Below are positions 36,553 to 46,327 of a DNA stretch of 61,645 bases, one piece after another. The notes below the pieces were generated by a model. The model was not told the origin of the DNA and searched no databases. It saw nothing but the letters and a program-made list of their open reading frames with translations. A program made the translations under genes and the position numbers. This DNA comes from Candidatus Velthaea sp. GTDB taxonomy: Bacteria; Vulcanimicrobiota; Vulcanimicrobiia; Vulcanimicrobiales; Vulcanimicrobiaceae. Position 1 is the stretch's first letter. Each line of letters starts with the position of its first letter. The DNA is taken from assembly GCA_050012475.1 (NCBI GenBank), contig JBEKHC010000018.1, positions 1 to 61,645 on the forward strand, read 5' to 3'.

Positions 36553-37274
36553 AGACTCGGCGGTTTCACGTATTGATAGAAGAATCCGGCGATCCGGGTG
36601 AACGATCCCGTGACGAGCACGCAGCCGGTGGCGATGAGAAACGCGCCGGCGCCGATTTCGATCGCACCCAGGTAGCGCTTGATCCGGTTCAGCAAGCCGA
36701 GCGCCTGGGTGATGGCGGCGGCGGTCAACAGAAACGGTATCGCCAAGCCCATCGAATACACGAAGAGTAAGAACGCCGCCGCCCCGATCTGTTCTTGCGA
36801 AGCCAACAGTATGATGCCGGAGAGGATCGGCCCGATGCACGGCGACCAGCCGGCGGCAAAGCCCAGGCCGACCAGAAACGACGCCAGGAGCGACCGATTG
36901 GCGCTGCGCATCGCGAACCGTTTGTCCATCGCCAGAAACGGAATCCGGAACACGCCGACCATGTTGAGCCCCAGCACGATGATAACGATCCCGCCGATCC
37001 GCGCGATCCAGTCTTTGTAGTCGGTGAAAATCGAGCCGACGGCGCTGGCCGAGAGCCCGATGAGCATGAAGATCAACGTAAAGCCGCAGACGAAGGCCAG
37101 TGCATGAAGCAGGACGCGGGTGCGGCGGGTGGCATCACGGTCGGCTTTGAGTTCTTCCAGACTCGATCCGGTGAGGAACGAGAGGTACGCCGGGATCAGC
37201 GGCAGGACGCACGGCGACACGAAAGAGAGAAGCCCTGCCAGGAACGCCGTCGCAATATTGAGCTGGGGATGCAC
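36549..37274 (-). CDS. ccdA: Cytochrome c biogenesis/disulfide transporter CcdA
   Basis: SPCVLPLIP, WSPCIGP, YSMGLAIPF. Confidence 0.93.
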   Translation of the reverse strand: MHPQLNIATAFLAGLLSFVSPCVLPLIPAYLSFLTGSSLEELKADRDATRRTRVLLHALAFVCGFTLIFMLIGLSASAVGSIFTDYKDWIARIGGIVIIVLGLNMVGVFRIPFLAMDKRFAMRSANRSLLASFLVGLGFAAGWSPCIGPILSGIILLASQEQIGAAAFLLFVYSMGLAIPFLLTAAAITQALGLLNRIKRYLGAIEIGAGAFLIATGCVLVTGSFTRIAGFFYQYVKPPSL

Positions 37275-37414
37275 GGCTCTCCGTTTTCCGCCGCCGGCCC
37301 CGCACCGCCTCGTGAAGCGTCCGTGACAAGCTCTCGGCGCGGGCCCCTCTCCGGCCCAAGCAAGCGCGCCCCGAACGCGCGGAAGTCCCCAACGCTCCGG
37401 CGTATCTCGGCACG

Positions 37415-38224
37415 GTGACCCACTGGTTTACGTATCCCAACATCGATCCGATCGCGTTTCGCTTGGGTCCGATCGCCGTGCATTGGTACGGCCTGTCGTA
37501 TCTGTTCGGGTTCATCTGCGTCTTTTTGTGGATGAATCGCCCGGCCGGGCGGCGGCGCCTGGGGTTGACGACCGATGAGATTCAGGATTTCCTCGTGTAC
37601 GCGCTGGTCGGCGTGCTCGTCGGCGGCCGCGTCGGCTTCGTCATCGCCGACATCATCACGCAGCACAACGCGCACGAGTATCTCGCTCATCCGCTCAATT
37701 TCATCGCGGTGTGGCAAGGCGGCATGGCGTTTCACGGCGCGCTCATCGGCGTCATTTTGGCCGGCGCGCTCTATCTGCGCAAACATCGGGGGCTCGACTT
37801 CAACGTTCTCATGGACGAAGTCGTCATGCTGCTCCCGATCGGCATCGCCCTCACCCGGGTCGTCAACTTCATCAACGACGAGCTGGTCGGCAAGGTCTGC
37901 GATCCCGACCAGCCCTACTGCGTCGCGTTTCCGAACTACACCGGTTACCGCTATCCGTCGCAGATCTTCGAGGGCATCCTCGACATTTTGGTGCTGCCGA
38001 TTCTGCTCCTGATCTACCGCCGCCGGCCCGCCGACGGGGTCGTGGCCTGGACGTGGTTCACGCTCTACGGCGTCACCCGCTCGATCGCCGAAATCTGGCG
38101 CGAGCCGGGCTTCACCGTCGCGGGTCTGTCGGGCGGCCAGCTCGCTGCGATCCCGCAGATCTTCCTTGGTTTGGGATTGTTAATCTGGTCCATACGTCGC
38201 GGGAAGCACACCCGGGCGCGGTGA
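37415..38224 (+). CDS. lgt: Prolipoprotein diacylglyceryl transferase
   Basis: HWYGL, GGR, GGMAFHG, NFINDEL, YPSQ. Confidence 0.94.
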   Translation: MTHWFTYPNIDPIAFRLGPIAVHWYGLSYLFGFICVFLWMNRPAGRRRLGLTTDEIQDFLVYALVGVLVGGRVGFVIADIITQHNAHEYLAHPLNFIAVWQGGMAFHGALIGVILAGALYLRKHRGLDFNVLMDEVVMLLPIGIALTRVVNFINDELVGKVCDPDQPYCVAFPNYTGYRYPSQIFEGILDILVLPILLLIYRRRPADGVVAWTWFTLYGVTRSIAEIWREPGFTVAGLSGGQLAAIPQIFLGLGLLIWSIRRGKHTRAR

Positions 38225-38236
38225 AGTGTGCGGGCC

Positions 38237-38902
38237 ATGGACCTTACCGCGTCCGTGGCGAACTTGCGCGAACGAGTCGACGCCTTGTCGATCGCCGTGC
38301 AACGAGCACCGGGTTCGGTCACCATCCTCGGCGTTACCAAGATGCAACCGCGAGAAACCGTGATAGCGGCGATCGCGGCCGGCTTGACCGACATCGGGGA
38401 GAACTACCTGCAAGAAGCACGCACCAAATACGCCGGGTTGCCGGCGGTGCGCACTCATTTCATCGGTCACGTGCAAACGAACAAAGCCAAAGCCATCGCC
38501 GCGCTCTTCGACGTCGTGCAAAGCGTCGACCGTCTCGAATCCGGACTCGCGCTCGCCAAGGCTGCGCAGGCGACCGGCAAACCGCTGCGCGCGCTCGTGC
38601 AGATCAATATCTCGCCCGCCGAGCGATTCGGCATTGGACCGGCCGAGGCGCCGGCACTGGCCCGCCGGCTGCGGGACGAGGGTTTGGCGATTGACGGCGT
38701 CATGGCGATTGGGCCGCTGACCGGAAGCGTCGACGATGCCTTCGCGTTGGCTGCGCAGACGTTCGCAAACGTCGGCGGTTCGACGCTGTCACTCGGGATG
38801 TCCGGCGATTGGGAACGCGCGATCGCCCACGGATCGACGATGATCCGCATCGGAACCGCGATTTTCGGTCCGCGCCCGGCGCGGGAAGGTGCACTCGCAT
38901 GA
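38237..38902 (+). CDS. yggS: PLP homeostasis protein
   Basis: VTK, GENYLQE, HFIGHVQTNK, LSLGMSGD, RIGTAIFG. Confidence 0.95.
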   Translation: MDLTASVANLRERVDALSIAVQRAPGSVTILGVTKMQPRETVIAAIAAGLTDIGENYLQEARTKYAGLPAVRTHFIGHVQTNKAKAIAALFDVVQSVDRLESGLALAKAAQATGKPLRALVQINISPAERFGIGPAEAPALARRLRDEGLAIDGVMAIGPLTGSVDDAFALAAQTFANVGGSTLSLGMSGDWERAIAHGSTMIRIGTAIFGPRPAREGALA

Positions 38903-39345
38903 GCATGTTCGTCAAGCTTGGTTCGTGGTTCAAGATCCCCGAGGACGAAGACGAGGAACTCTACGAAACCGAGCCCCCCGCCTCCGGGAAGCGCAACGTC
39001 GTGCCGATCGGCGATGGGCCGCGCCGCAGCGGCGGCTCGGTCGCCGTGTTCGCGCCGCGCAGTTTCGCCGACGTCACCGAAGTGGCCGACTCGCTGCGCT
39101 CGCGGCAGGTCTGCATCGTCAACCTCCAAGGCGCCGACCGCAACCTGCTTCAGCGTGTGGTCGACTTCACTTCGGGCGTGGCGTACACCATCGACGGGCG
39201 GATTCAAAAGCTCGCGGATGCAATCTACCTCATCGTCCCGGCCGGCGTGAACGTCAGTTCTGACGGGCTCAAGGAACAGATCGGCGTCGACGGGCTCGTC
39301 GATTTGGCACCGAAGCTCCACCAAAACGGGAACCGATTCTCATGA
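38899..39345 (+). CDS. sepF: Cell division protein SepF
   Basis: CIVNL, RVVDFTSG, YLIVP; position after yggS. Confidence 0.92.
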   Translation: MSMFVKLGSWFKIPEDEDEELYETEPPASGKRNVVPIGDGPRRSGGSVAVFAPRSFADVTEVADSLRSRQVCIVNLQGADRNLLQRVVDFTSGVAYTIDGRIQKLADAIYLIVPAGVNVSSDGLKEQIGVDGLVDLAPKLHQNGNRFS

Positions 39346-40010
39346 GCAAAGTCAGCGTCGTCGATATCCAGCACAAAACGTTCAAGAAACAGCTGCAAGG
39401 CTACGACCGCGCGGAGGTCGATGCGTTTCTCGACGAGGTGATCGAGTCGATCGAGGACGAAGCGACGGCGCGCGCCGCGCTCGAAGCCGACGTCGCCGAT
39501 CTGCGCGAACGGATCAGTCACTTCAAAGCGATGGAAGAGTCTCTGCAGCATACGCTCGTGCTTGCCCAGCGCACGGCCGACGAAGTCAAGGCCGCCGCGC
39601 ACAAGGAAGCCGACCTGATCAAACAGGAGGCGCGCATGCACGCTGAACGGCAGATCGCCGACCTCGGCGACCGCATTTCCGAAGCGCGCCGCGAATATCA
39701 GCGCTCGCTCGATACGGCCGCTCAGGCCAAGAGCGAACTGCGTTCGCTGCTCATGTCGCATCTGTCACTCATCGACCGCCCCCCGGCGCCGCACGAACTG
39801 CGTCACGCCGCCACGGCGCTCAACGGCGCCGAGCCGGCTCCCGCCGCCGCTTCCGCTCCGGCTACGGCGGCCATCCCCACCGCGACCCCGGTCTCCGAAC
39901 GGCCGACCATCCGGTCCGAAGAACTCGAGGCCGAACTCGAGGGGGAGTCGATGCCCGAACCGGCACCGGTGCTCATCCGCAACGGGGTTACCCACACCTT
40001 GGTCAAGTAG
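39342..40010 (+). CDS. divIVA: DivIVA domain protein
   Basis: F-x4-GYDRAEVDAFL, coiled coil. Confidence 0.93.
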   Translation: MSKVSVVDIQHKTFKKQLQGYDRAEVDAFLDEVIESIEDEATARAALEADVADLRERISHFKAMEESLQHTLVLAQRTADEVKAAAHKEADLIKQEARMHAERQIADLGDRISEARREYQRSLDTAAQAKSELRSLLMSHLSLIDRPPAPHELRHAATALNGAEPAPAAASAPATAAIPTATPVSERPTIRSEELEAELEGESMPEPAPVLIRNGVTHTLVK

Positions 40011-40281
40011 CGGCCCGGCGAACGCATCCGGCGCCGCGGCGCGCTGTCGGCCACGATCGCGCACCGCGCCTCGAAACGGACGCCCGGGCGCCGGCATAGC
40101 GCGAAACGCTCCGTACCGGCTTTGGCCCCCTTTCTCCCGCCGCTCCGGCTCGGTCGGCAGGCGGCGCAGGCTTCGTCGCCGTGCCGGGGTCATGCCGCGC
40201 GTGCCGCATCAGACCCGAGGCGGTTTGAATGCCTGGTCGGGTTGGCCGGGAGAATCTCAGAAATCCCTGCCGCGACGGCAT

Positions 40282-40308
40282 TAATTCCTGCCCTCCCGCA
40301 ACCGATCA
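40282..40308 (+). promoter_or_regulatory. sigma28-like promoter
   Basis: TAAT-N15-ACCGATCA compared with consensus TAAA-N15-GCCGATAA. Confidence 0.5.
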
Positions 40309-40373
40309 CGGAGTTATGGGAGCATGCGTTGACGTCGCGCACACGGCGCGAGCGGCTTTGAGATGACCAGCGC

Positions 40374-42677
40374 ATGAAGAGTGGCGCGCATCGTGCGGGT
40401 TCCGAACCTGCCGCGGACGACCCGATGTGCCTGCTGCAGGCTGCGGTCGTCAATGCTGCCGATGCCGTTATCATCGCTGAAGCCGGAAGCGCTCACCGCG
40501 AAGGCCGCATCCTGTACGTCAATCCGGCCTTCACCCGCATGACGGGGTACACCGCGGAAGAAGCTCTCGCGGGCAGCCCGCGGATGCTCCAGGGCCCCGA
40601 CACCTGCCCGGTGAGCCGCGCGAAGATGCGCGAGGCGATCGCGCAGCACCAATCCGCGACGGTCGATCTGCTCAACTACCGTAAAGACGGCACGGCCTAT
40701 GTCGTCGAGATCAGTCTTATCCCCGTGATCGATGAAGGCGGGGCGTGCACCCACTGGATCGCGATCGAACGCGATATTACCAAGCGCCGGCAAGACGAAG
40801 AGGCCCAGGCGCGCGAGCGGATCGCCGAAGAAAAACATGCGGTGCTCGCCTCAGAGATCAAAGAGCGGGAACGGGCACAGGCCCAGCTGGCCTACAAATC
40901 GGTGCACGACGATTTGACCGGACTCTTCAACCGCGCGCATTTCATGCGCAATTTAGAATTTGCCATCGCGCGCGCGCAGATCGACAGCACGTATCGATTC
41001 TCGATCGTTTGCCTGGATCTCGATCGCTTCAAACTCATCAACGATCACCTCGGCCACCGCATGGGCGATCGCATTCTGCGCGACTTGGCGCGCCGGTTCG
41101 AGCCGTTGGCCGGCTCCCGCGACACGCTGGCGCGCATCGGCGGCGACGAGTTCGGCTTGCTCATCGATTCCCCCGACGACCCACAGGAGGCCCTCGATAT
41201 CGTGGGCCGGCTCTTGGGCGAGATTGCAAAACGGGCGAGTTTTCGAGTCGACGACGTGGTGCTCGGGGCGAGCATCGGCATCGTTCATTCAACGACCGAA
41301 ACGGACGACGCCGAGATGCTCATGCACGACGCCGAAATCGCGCTGGGCCACGCGCGCCGTACGGCCGGCGGCGGCACGTACGCGGTGTTCACGGATGAGT
41401 TGCGCTCCAAGGCGGCAGCGGCGGCGCAAACGCGCAGCGATCTGTACAGCGCCGTGGAGCGCGGCGAGATGCGTTTGTTTTATCAGCCGCTGGCCGACAT
41501 CGCCACCGGCGGAATCTACGGTTTCGAGGGGCTCGTGCGCTGGGCGCATCCGGCGCGCGGCTTGGTCATGCCCGACGAGTTCATCTCGGTTGCGGAAGAG
41601 ACCGGCCTCATCGTCGAACTCGGCCGTTGGGTTCTCGCCGAAGGCTGCTGCAAAGCAGCCGAGTTCGCGTGCACCGCGGGACGTCCGCTGATGATGAGTC
41701 TCAACGTCTCGAGCCAGCAGCTCTTGCATCCCGATTTCCTGCGTCACTTGCAAGAAGCGCTCGACGTCAGCGGGATCGATCCACGCCTGTTGCAGCTTGA
41801 AGTCACCGAGAGCGTTTTTCTTGCGGGCGGCGCGGTGGTGGGTGCCGTGTTCGCGCGTATTCGCGCGCTCGGCGTTCAGATCGCGTTCGACGACTTCGGA
41901 ACCGGTTATTCGTCACTGAGCTATCTCGAACGCTTTCAGATCGACACGCTCAAAATCGACCGTTCGTTCGTCGCCCGGATCGACGATGCGTCGTCCAAAT
42001 CAGAAATCTTGCGCATGATCATCTCGCTCGCGCATGCGCTGGGCGTCGACATCGTTGCCGAAGGCGTCGAGAATCGAGCGCAGCGCGATGCGCTGGGCGT
42101 CCTCGGCTGCACGCATCTGCAAGGGTATTTGTTTAGCCCCGCATTACCGGCGGCGGATGCCGCGCGGATGCTGACGCCGGGCGACGAAGGCGAAACGGCA
42201 CTCGAGCGGTTGTTGGGCGAAACGCTCGCCGACGGCAGCCATGCCGAGTTGAGGGCCGAACAGCGCGCCGAATTGCGCGAGCAAGTCGAGTTGGCGATCA
42301 AGACCCACTACCGTTGGATCGACCTCCTCAATACCGCCGTCGCCTCCGGGGAGTCGCCGTTCGATCTCACCGAAGTCGCGCGCGAGGATTTGTGTCCGAT
42401 CGGCGTTTGGCTCACCTACACGATCGATCCGGTCCTGCGTACCATGCCGTTGTATTTCGTCACCAAGTCGCGGCACGCGGTGTTTCACCGCAGCATGGCC
42501 CGCTTATTGGCGGGAGCCGTCGCGCGTCAGCCGCAAGCCGTGCTCTCGATGCGCCCCGACGGCGATATGATGATGGTTGCGGCGTCACTCTTGCGCACGC
42601 TCAACGATTGGCTTGCCATCGCCACGGCGGACGAGGCAGCTCCGCTGCCTCAAGTAGCGAGCGTTCGCGACCGATAG
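40374..42677 (+). CDS. PAS-GGDEF-EAL-CZB c-di-GMP signalling protein
   Basis: YVNPAF/NYRKDG PAS; GGDEF; EGLVRW, DDFGTGYSS; C-terminal HYRW...CPIGVW...HAVFH. Confidence 0.92.
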   Translation: MKSGAHRAGSEPAADDPMCLLQAAVVNAADAVIIAEAGSAHREGRILYVNPAFTRMTGYTAEEALAGSPRMLQGPDTCPVSRAKMREAIAQHQSATVDLLNYRKDGTAYVVEISLIPVIDEGGACTHWIAIERDITKRRQDEEAQARERIAEEKHAVLASEIKERERAQAQLAYKSVHDDLTGLFNRAHFMRNLEFAIARAQIDSTYRFSIVCLDLDRFKLINDHLGHRMGDRILRDLARRFEPLAGSRDTLARIGGDEFGLLIDSPDDPQEALDIVGRLLGEIAKRASFRVDDVVLGASIGIVHSTTETDDAEMLMHDAEIALGHARRTAGGGTYAVFTDELRSKAAAAAQTRSDLYSAVERGEMRLFYQPLADIATGGIYGFEGLVRWAHPARGLVMPDEFISVAEETGLIVELGRWVLAEGCCKAAEFACTAGRPLMMSLNVSSQQLLHPDFLRHLQEALDVSGIDPRLLQLEVTESVFLAGGAVVGAVFARIRALGVQIAFDDFGTGYSSLSYLERFQIDTLKIDRSFVARIDDASSKSEILRMIISLAHALGVDIVAEGVENRAQRDALGVLGCTHLQGYLFSPALPAADAARMLTPGDEGETALERLLGETLADGSHAELRAEQRAELREQVELAIKTHYRWIDLLNTAVASGESPFDLTEVAREDLCPIGVWLTYTIDPVLRTMPLYFVTKSRHAVFHRSMARLLAGAVARQPQAVLSMRPDGDMMMVAASLLRTLNDWLAIATADEAAPLPQVASVRDR
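42650..42677 (+). promoter_or_regulatory. sigma28-like promoter inside the 3' end of the upstream gene
   Basis: TCAAG-N15-ACCGATAG. Confidence 0.5.
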
Positions 42678-42750
42678 TTTGTAAGTCGCACCGAACCTGC
42701 AGCATGGCCGCATTGATGCCGCGGCGGCATTGAGCCCTGAGCGAGAGTTT

Positions 42751-44670
42751 ATGATTCCTCCTCCCCTCTTACCAAACGAATCGGAGCGTCTCGAGGCGCT
42801 CGAGCGGTACGAGGTGCTTGATTCTCCGGCCGAAGCTGCGTTTGACGAACTCGTTGCGTTGATCGCATCGGTGTGCGAAGCACCGATTGCGCTGGTGTCG
42901 CTGGTCGGTGCCGACCGGCAGTGGTTCAAGGCCAAGGTCGGTTTAACCGTCGACGAAACCCCGCGCGACCACTCATTCTGCACCCATACGATCGCGCAGC
43001 CCGGCCGGCTGATGGTCGTTCCCGATGCGGCGATCGACCCGCGGTTCCGCGACAGTCCGCTGGTGACCGGGCCGGCGAAGATCCACTTCTACGCCGGCGC
43101 TCCGCTCGTTTCGTCCGACGGCTTCACGCTGGGCGCGCTGTGCATCATGGATACCAAGCCGCGCTTCATCACCTCGCAGCAAGAAGATGCGCTGCGCATC
43201 GGCGGCCGTGCGGTAATGATGCTGCTCGAACAACGCCGGACGATCGCCGACCTTCGCCTGGCCACCGAAGCGCAACGCCGCGTCGAGGAAGAACTGCGGG
43301 CCGAAATCGCCCAACGGCGGATCATCGAACAGCAGTTGAATTTCACCTCGTCGCACGACGGCTTGACACGGCTGCCGAATCGTGCGGAGTTCGTGTCCCG
43401 CCTGCGCGCCGCGCTCGAGCGGCTGCACTCGCCGGAAAAGCGCCGCTTTGCGGTGTGCTTCATCGATTTGGATCGCTTCAAACAGGTCAACGATACGCTG
43501 GGTCATTCGGTGGGCGATATGCTGCTCGTCGACGTCGGACGGCGGTTGAACGAAGTCATCCGCATCGGCGACGCGGTCGCGCGGCTGGGCGGAGATGAGT
43601 TCACGATGCTCATCGACGGCGTCGAACATGACGGGGCCGCACTGGCGTTGGCTCGGCGCATCGCGAGCGTGCTGGCGACGAAATTACGGCTGGGCGAAAC
43701 GGAGTTCGGCGTGACGGCCAGTGTCGGCGTCTGCCTGGTCGACGAGACCTATGCGCTCGTCGAGGAGATTCTGCGCGACGCCGACATCGCGATGTACGCA
43801 TCGAAAGATCGCGGCCGCAACCGGTGCACGATTTTCACGCCGTCACTGCGCGATCAGTTTCATTCCGCCAACGAAATGCAAGTGACGCTGCGGCAGGCGC
43901 TCGAGCATCGCCACTTCCGGCTGGCCTATCAGCCGATCGTCTCGCTCCAATCCCCGCGCGAGCGCCCGGCCGCGTTCGAATCGCTGCTGCGCCTCAAGCA
44001 GGCCGACGGGACGTGGCAAAGCGCGGGTCAATTCATCGAGGCCGCCGAGCAGACCGGGCTCATCGTCGAACTGGGTGAGTGGGTCTTGGGTGAGGCTTGC
44101 GCGCAAGCGCAGCGCTGGCAGATCGACTGCGTCGATCCGGTCGTCACCACCGTCAACGTGTCGGCAAAACAGCTGGCCGAGCCGGATTTCGCCGCAACGG
44201 TCAAAGCAGCGATCTCACGCGCGGCTTTGGAGCCGCGGCTGCTGGCGCTCGAAGTCACCGAGAGCATTCTCATCGCGGACGTCGACGCGTCGCTGGAGAT
44301 CTTGAACGAGTTGCGGAATTTCGGGGTGAAGATTTACCTCGACGACTTCGGCACCGGCTATTCGTCGCTCAGCTATCTGCGAAAATTCCCGGTCGACCGG
44401 ATCAAGATCGATCGCTCGTTCGTCAGCGGCGCAGGCGACGACCTTGCCGATCCGCTCATCATCAACTCGATCATCTCGTTGGCCCACAAGCTCAACGTGG
44501 AGGTCGTTGCCGAGGGCGTCGAAACCGAGTCGCAGCGCGCCGCGCTCGCGGTGCTGGGCTGCGATTGGGCGCAAGGCTTTTTGTTCAGCCAGGCCGTCCC
44601 GGCAGGCGAGGCATCGACGCTCTTGCGGATGTGGGGCACGGCCGACCTGCGCGCGATCAACGCAGCATAA
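42751..44670 (+). CDS. GAF-GGDEF-EAL c-di-GMP signalling protein
   Basis: RQWFKA, SFC, FYAGAPL GAF; GGDEF; ESLLR, DDFGTGYSS. Confidence 0.93.
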   Translation: MIPPPLLPNESERLEALERYEVLDSPAEAAFDELVALIASVCEAPIALVSLVGADRQWFKAKVGLTVDETPRDHSFCTHTIAQPGRLMVVPDAAIDPRFRDSPLVTGPAKIHFYAGAPLVSSDGFTLGALCIMDTKPRFITSQQEDALRIGGRAVMMLLEQRRTIADLRLATEAQRRVEEELRAEIAQRRIIEQQLNFTSSHDGLTRLPNRAEFVSRLRAALERLHSPEKRRFAVCFIDLDRFKQVNDTLGHSVGDMLLVDVGRRLNEVIRIGDAVARLGGDEFTMLIDGVEHDGAALALARRIASVLATKLRLGETEFGVTASVGVCLVDETYALVEEILRDADIAMYASKDRGRNRCTIFTPSLRDQFHSANEMQVTLRQALEHRHFRLAYQPIVSLQSPRERPAAFESLLRLKQADGTWQSAGQFIEAAEQTGLIVELGEWVLGEACAQAQRWQIDCVDPVVTTVNVSAKQLAEPDFAATVKAAISRAALEPRLLALEVTESILIADVDASLEILNELRNFGVKIYLDDFGTGYSSLSYLRKFPVDRIKIDRSFVSGAGDDLADPLIINSIISLAHKLNVEVVAEGVETESQRAALAVLGCDWAQGFLFSQAVPAGEASTLLRMWGTADLRAINAA

Positions 44671-45146
44671 CAGGATTCGCAGCGCTGAACGCGCCGCGAA
44701 TCCATGGTGTTGGCGCTCCGCCCTTCGGAGCCGCGCTCGTCGTCTCCGAGTGCTCTCATCGTCGTCATTGACCTCAAGGTTGACGCCTTTCGCAGCCATC
44801 GCAATGAACCCATCGGCGCGCGCTTGGAGATCGGCCATGGCTCGCCGTATCGGATTGACGCTCGTGCCAACCATCACCCCGAAAAAGATCGCGAAATCGC
44901 CTGTCCCGCTTCGCACCTGCAATGCCACGGCATAGGTTGGCCCCAACGATGAGCAACCGTACGGCGTATTGGGCAAACAGCCGCCGCTCTTCATACCGTA
45001 GAGCACCGGGTACTCCGTCGGGCGCTCGATCGTTGGGCTTCAACTCGGGCGGAACGGATAGATTGGCTTGCCAAGCGCCCGGAAAATCGACTGAGTCACC
45101 GATTGTCGGCTAGAAAAAGTCGGCCATATGGGGAATCCGGGTTAAG

Positions 45147-46002
45147 ATGAAAGCGATACGCGTGCATCGCTTTGGTGGACCGGAAGTCCTCGTAGCTCGA
45201 GGACATTCCAGTTCCTGCACCCGACACCAATGAGGTGCTCGTCAAAGTGGCTGCAGCGGGCGTTGGCCCGTGGGATGCGCTCATACGCACGGGAAAAAGT
45301 GGCGTTGCACAAACGCTCCCGCTGACGCCGGGCTCGGACATCGCCGGCGTCGTCGACCGTGTAGGTTCGAATGTAACCGCCTTCGCAGTCGGCGACACCG
45401 TGTTCGGCTGTACCAATGCATTCTTCGTCAACGGCTATGCGGAGTTCGCACGAGCAGAGGCGGGCATGATCGCGGCCGCGCCGACGTCGATCAATGCCGT
45501 CGAAGCGGCATCGGTTCCCGTCGTCGCAGTTACGGCATGGGAGATGCTGTTCACGCATGCCGATCTCAAGTCCGGCGAAACCGTGCTGATTCTGGGTGCG
45601 TCTGGGAACGTCGGCGGATATACCGTACAACTCGCACGAAGTGCCGGTGCCCGGGTCCTTACCGCCGCTGAGAACGACAAGGTAGACGTCGTCATCGACA
45701 CCGTAGGCGGCGATATACAGCGAGCCTCGTTCGATGACCTTAAACGCGGCGGTCGGCTCATCTCAAGCGTCTCTCAGCCGGATGCCGATCTTGCGACCAG
45801 ATACGGGGTCCGCGTAGGATTCTTTATCGTCTCGGTTACGACGCAAGGTCTCGAGCGTATTTCGAAGCTCATCGACGCCGGAAAAATCAGCGTAACCGTC
45901 GGTTCAGTGCTACCGCTGGCGCAGGCACGCGTCGCGCACGAAATGCTCGCCGGGACCGTTTCACACAAACGCGGCAAGATCGTTCTCGAACTTCAACCGT
46001 AG
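45147..46002 (+). pseudogene. NADPH:quinone oxidoreductase (MDR family) with a +1 frameshift
   Basis: MKAIRVHRFGGPEVL is one base out of frame with LEDIPVPAP...EVLVKVAAAG; extra base within 45192-45195. Confidence 0.8.
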
Positions 46003-46327
46003 CTTCCACCGCGCGGTCCGTCGATTAAAATCCGCGGTCGCCCATCCAGCCGCGCACGTTTGGCGAGCTTGAGGCCGCCCTCGGGATTCGCGGCTATGCC
46101 GGTCTCCAACCCAACCTCTTCCATCAGCGCTGCGAAGCGCTGAACGGCCTTCGGCCGAGCCGCGGACGGTCTTGCGGTTCGCGGCACGCTGGCGGCATGG
46201 GGCGGAGCTAGGCTACAGGCATGACGTCTGTGCTGCTGCCGCCGCTTCGTTCCTTCGCGCGGGACGCGATCGCCGTCTGCCCTCGCTCGGCATTTGCGCT
46301 TCGGGCCGGCGCTGTGGCGAGCGTTCG

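Noticed and set aside
40010..40370. T-box after divIVA, where ileS often follows
   Set aside because: No T-box consensus or terminator seen, and the next gene is a c-di-GMP protein
45193..45195. Stop-codon readthrough or programmed frameshift in the oxidoreductase
   Set aside because: The TAG is not in the ATG frame and there is no slippery sequence; a simple 1-nt insertion explains it
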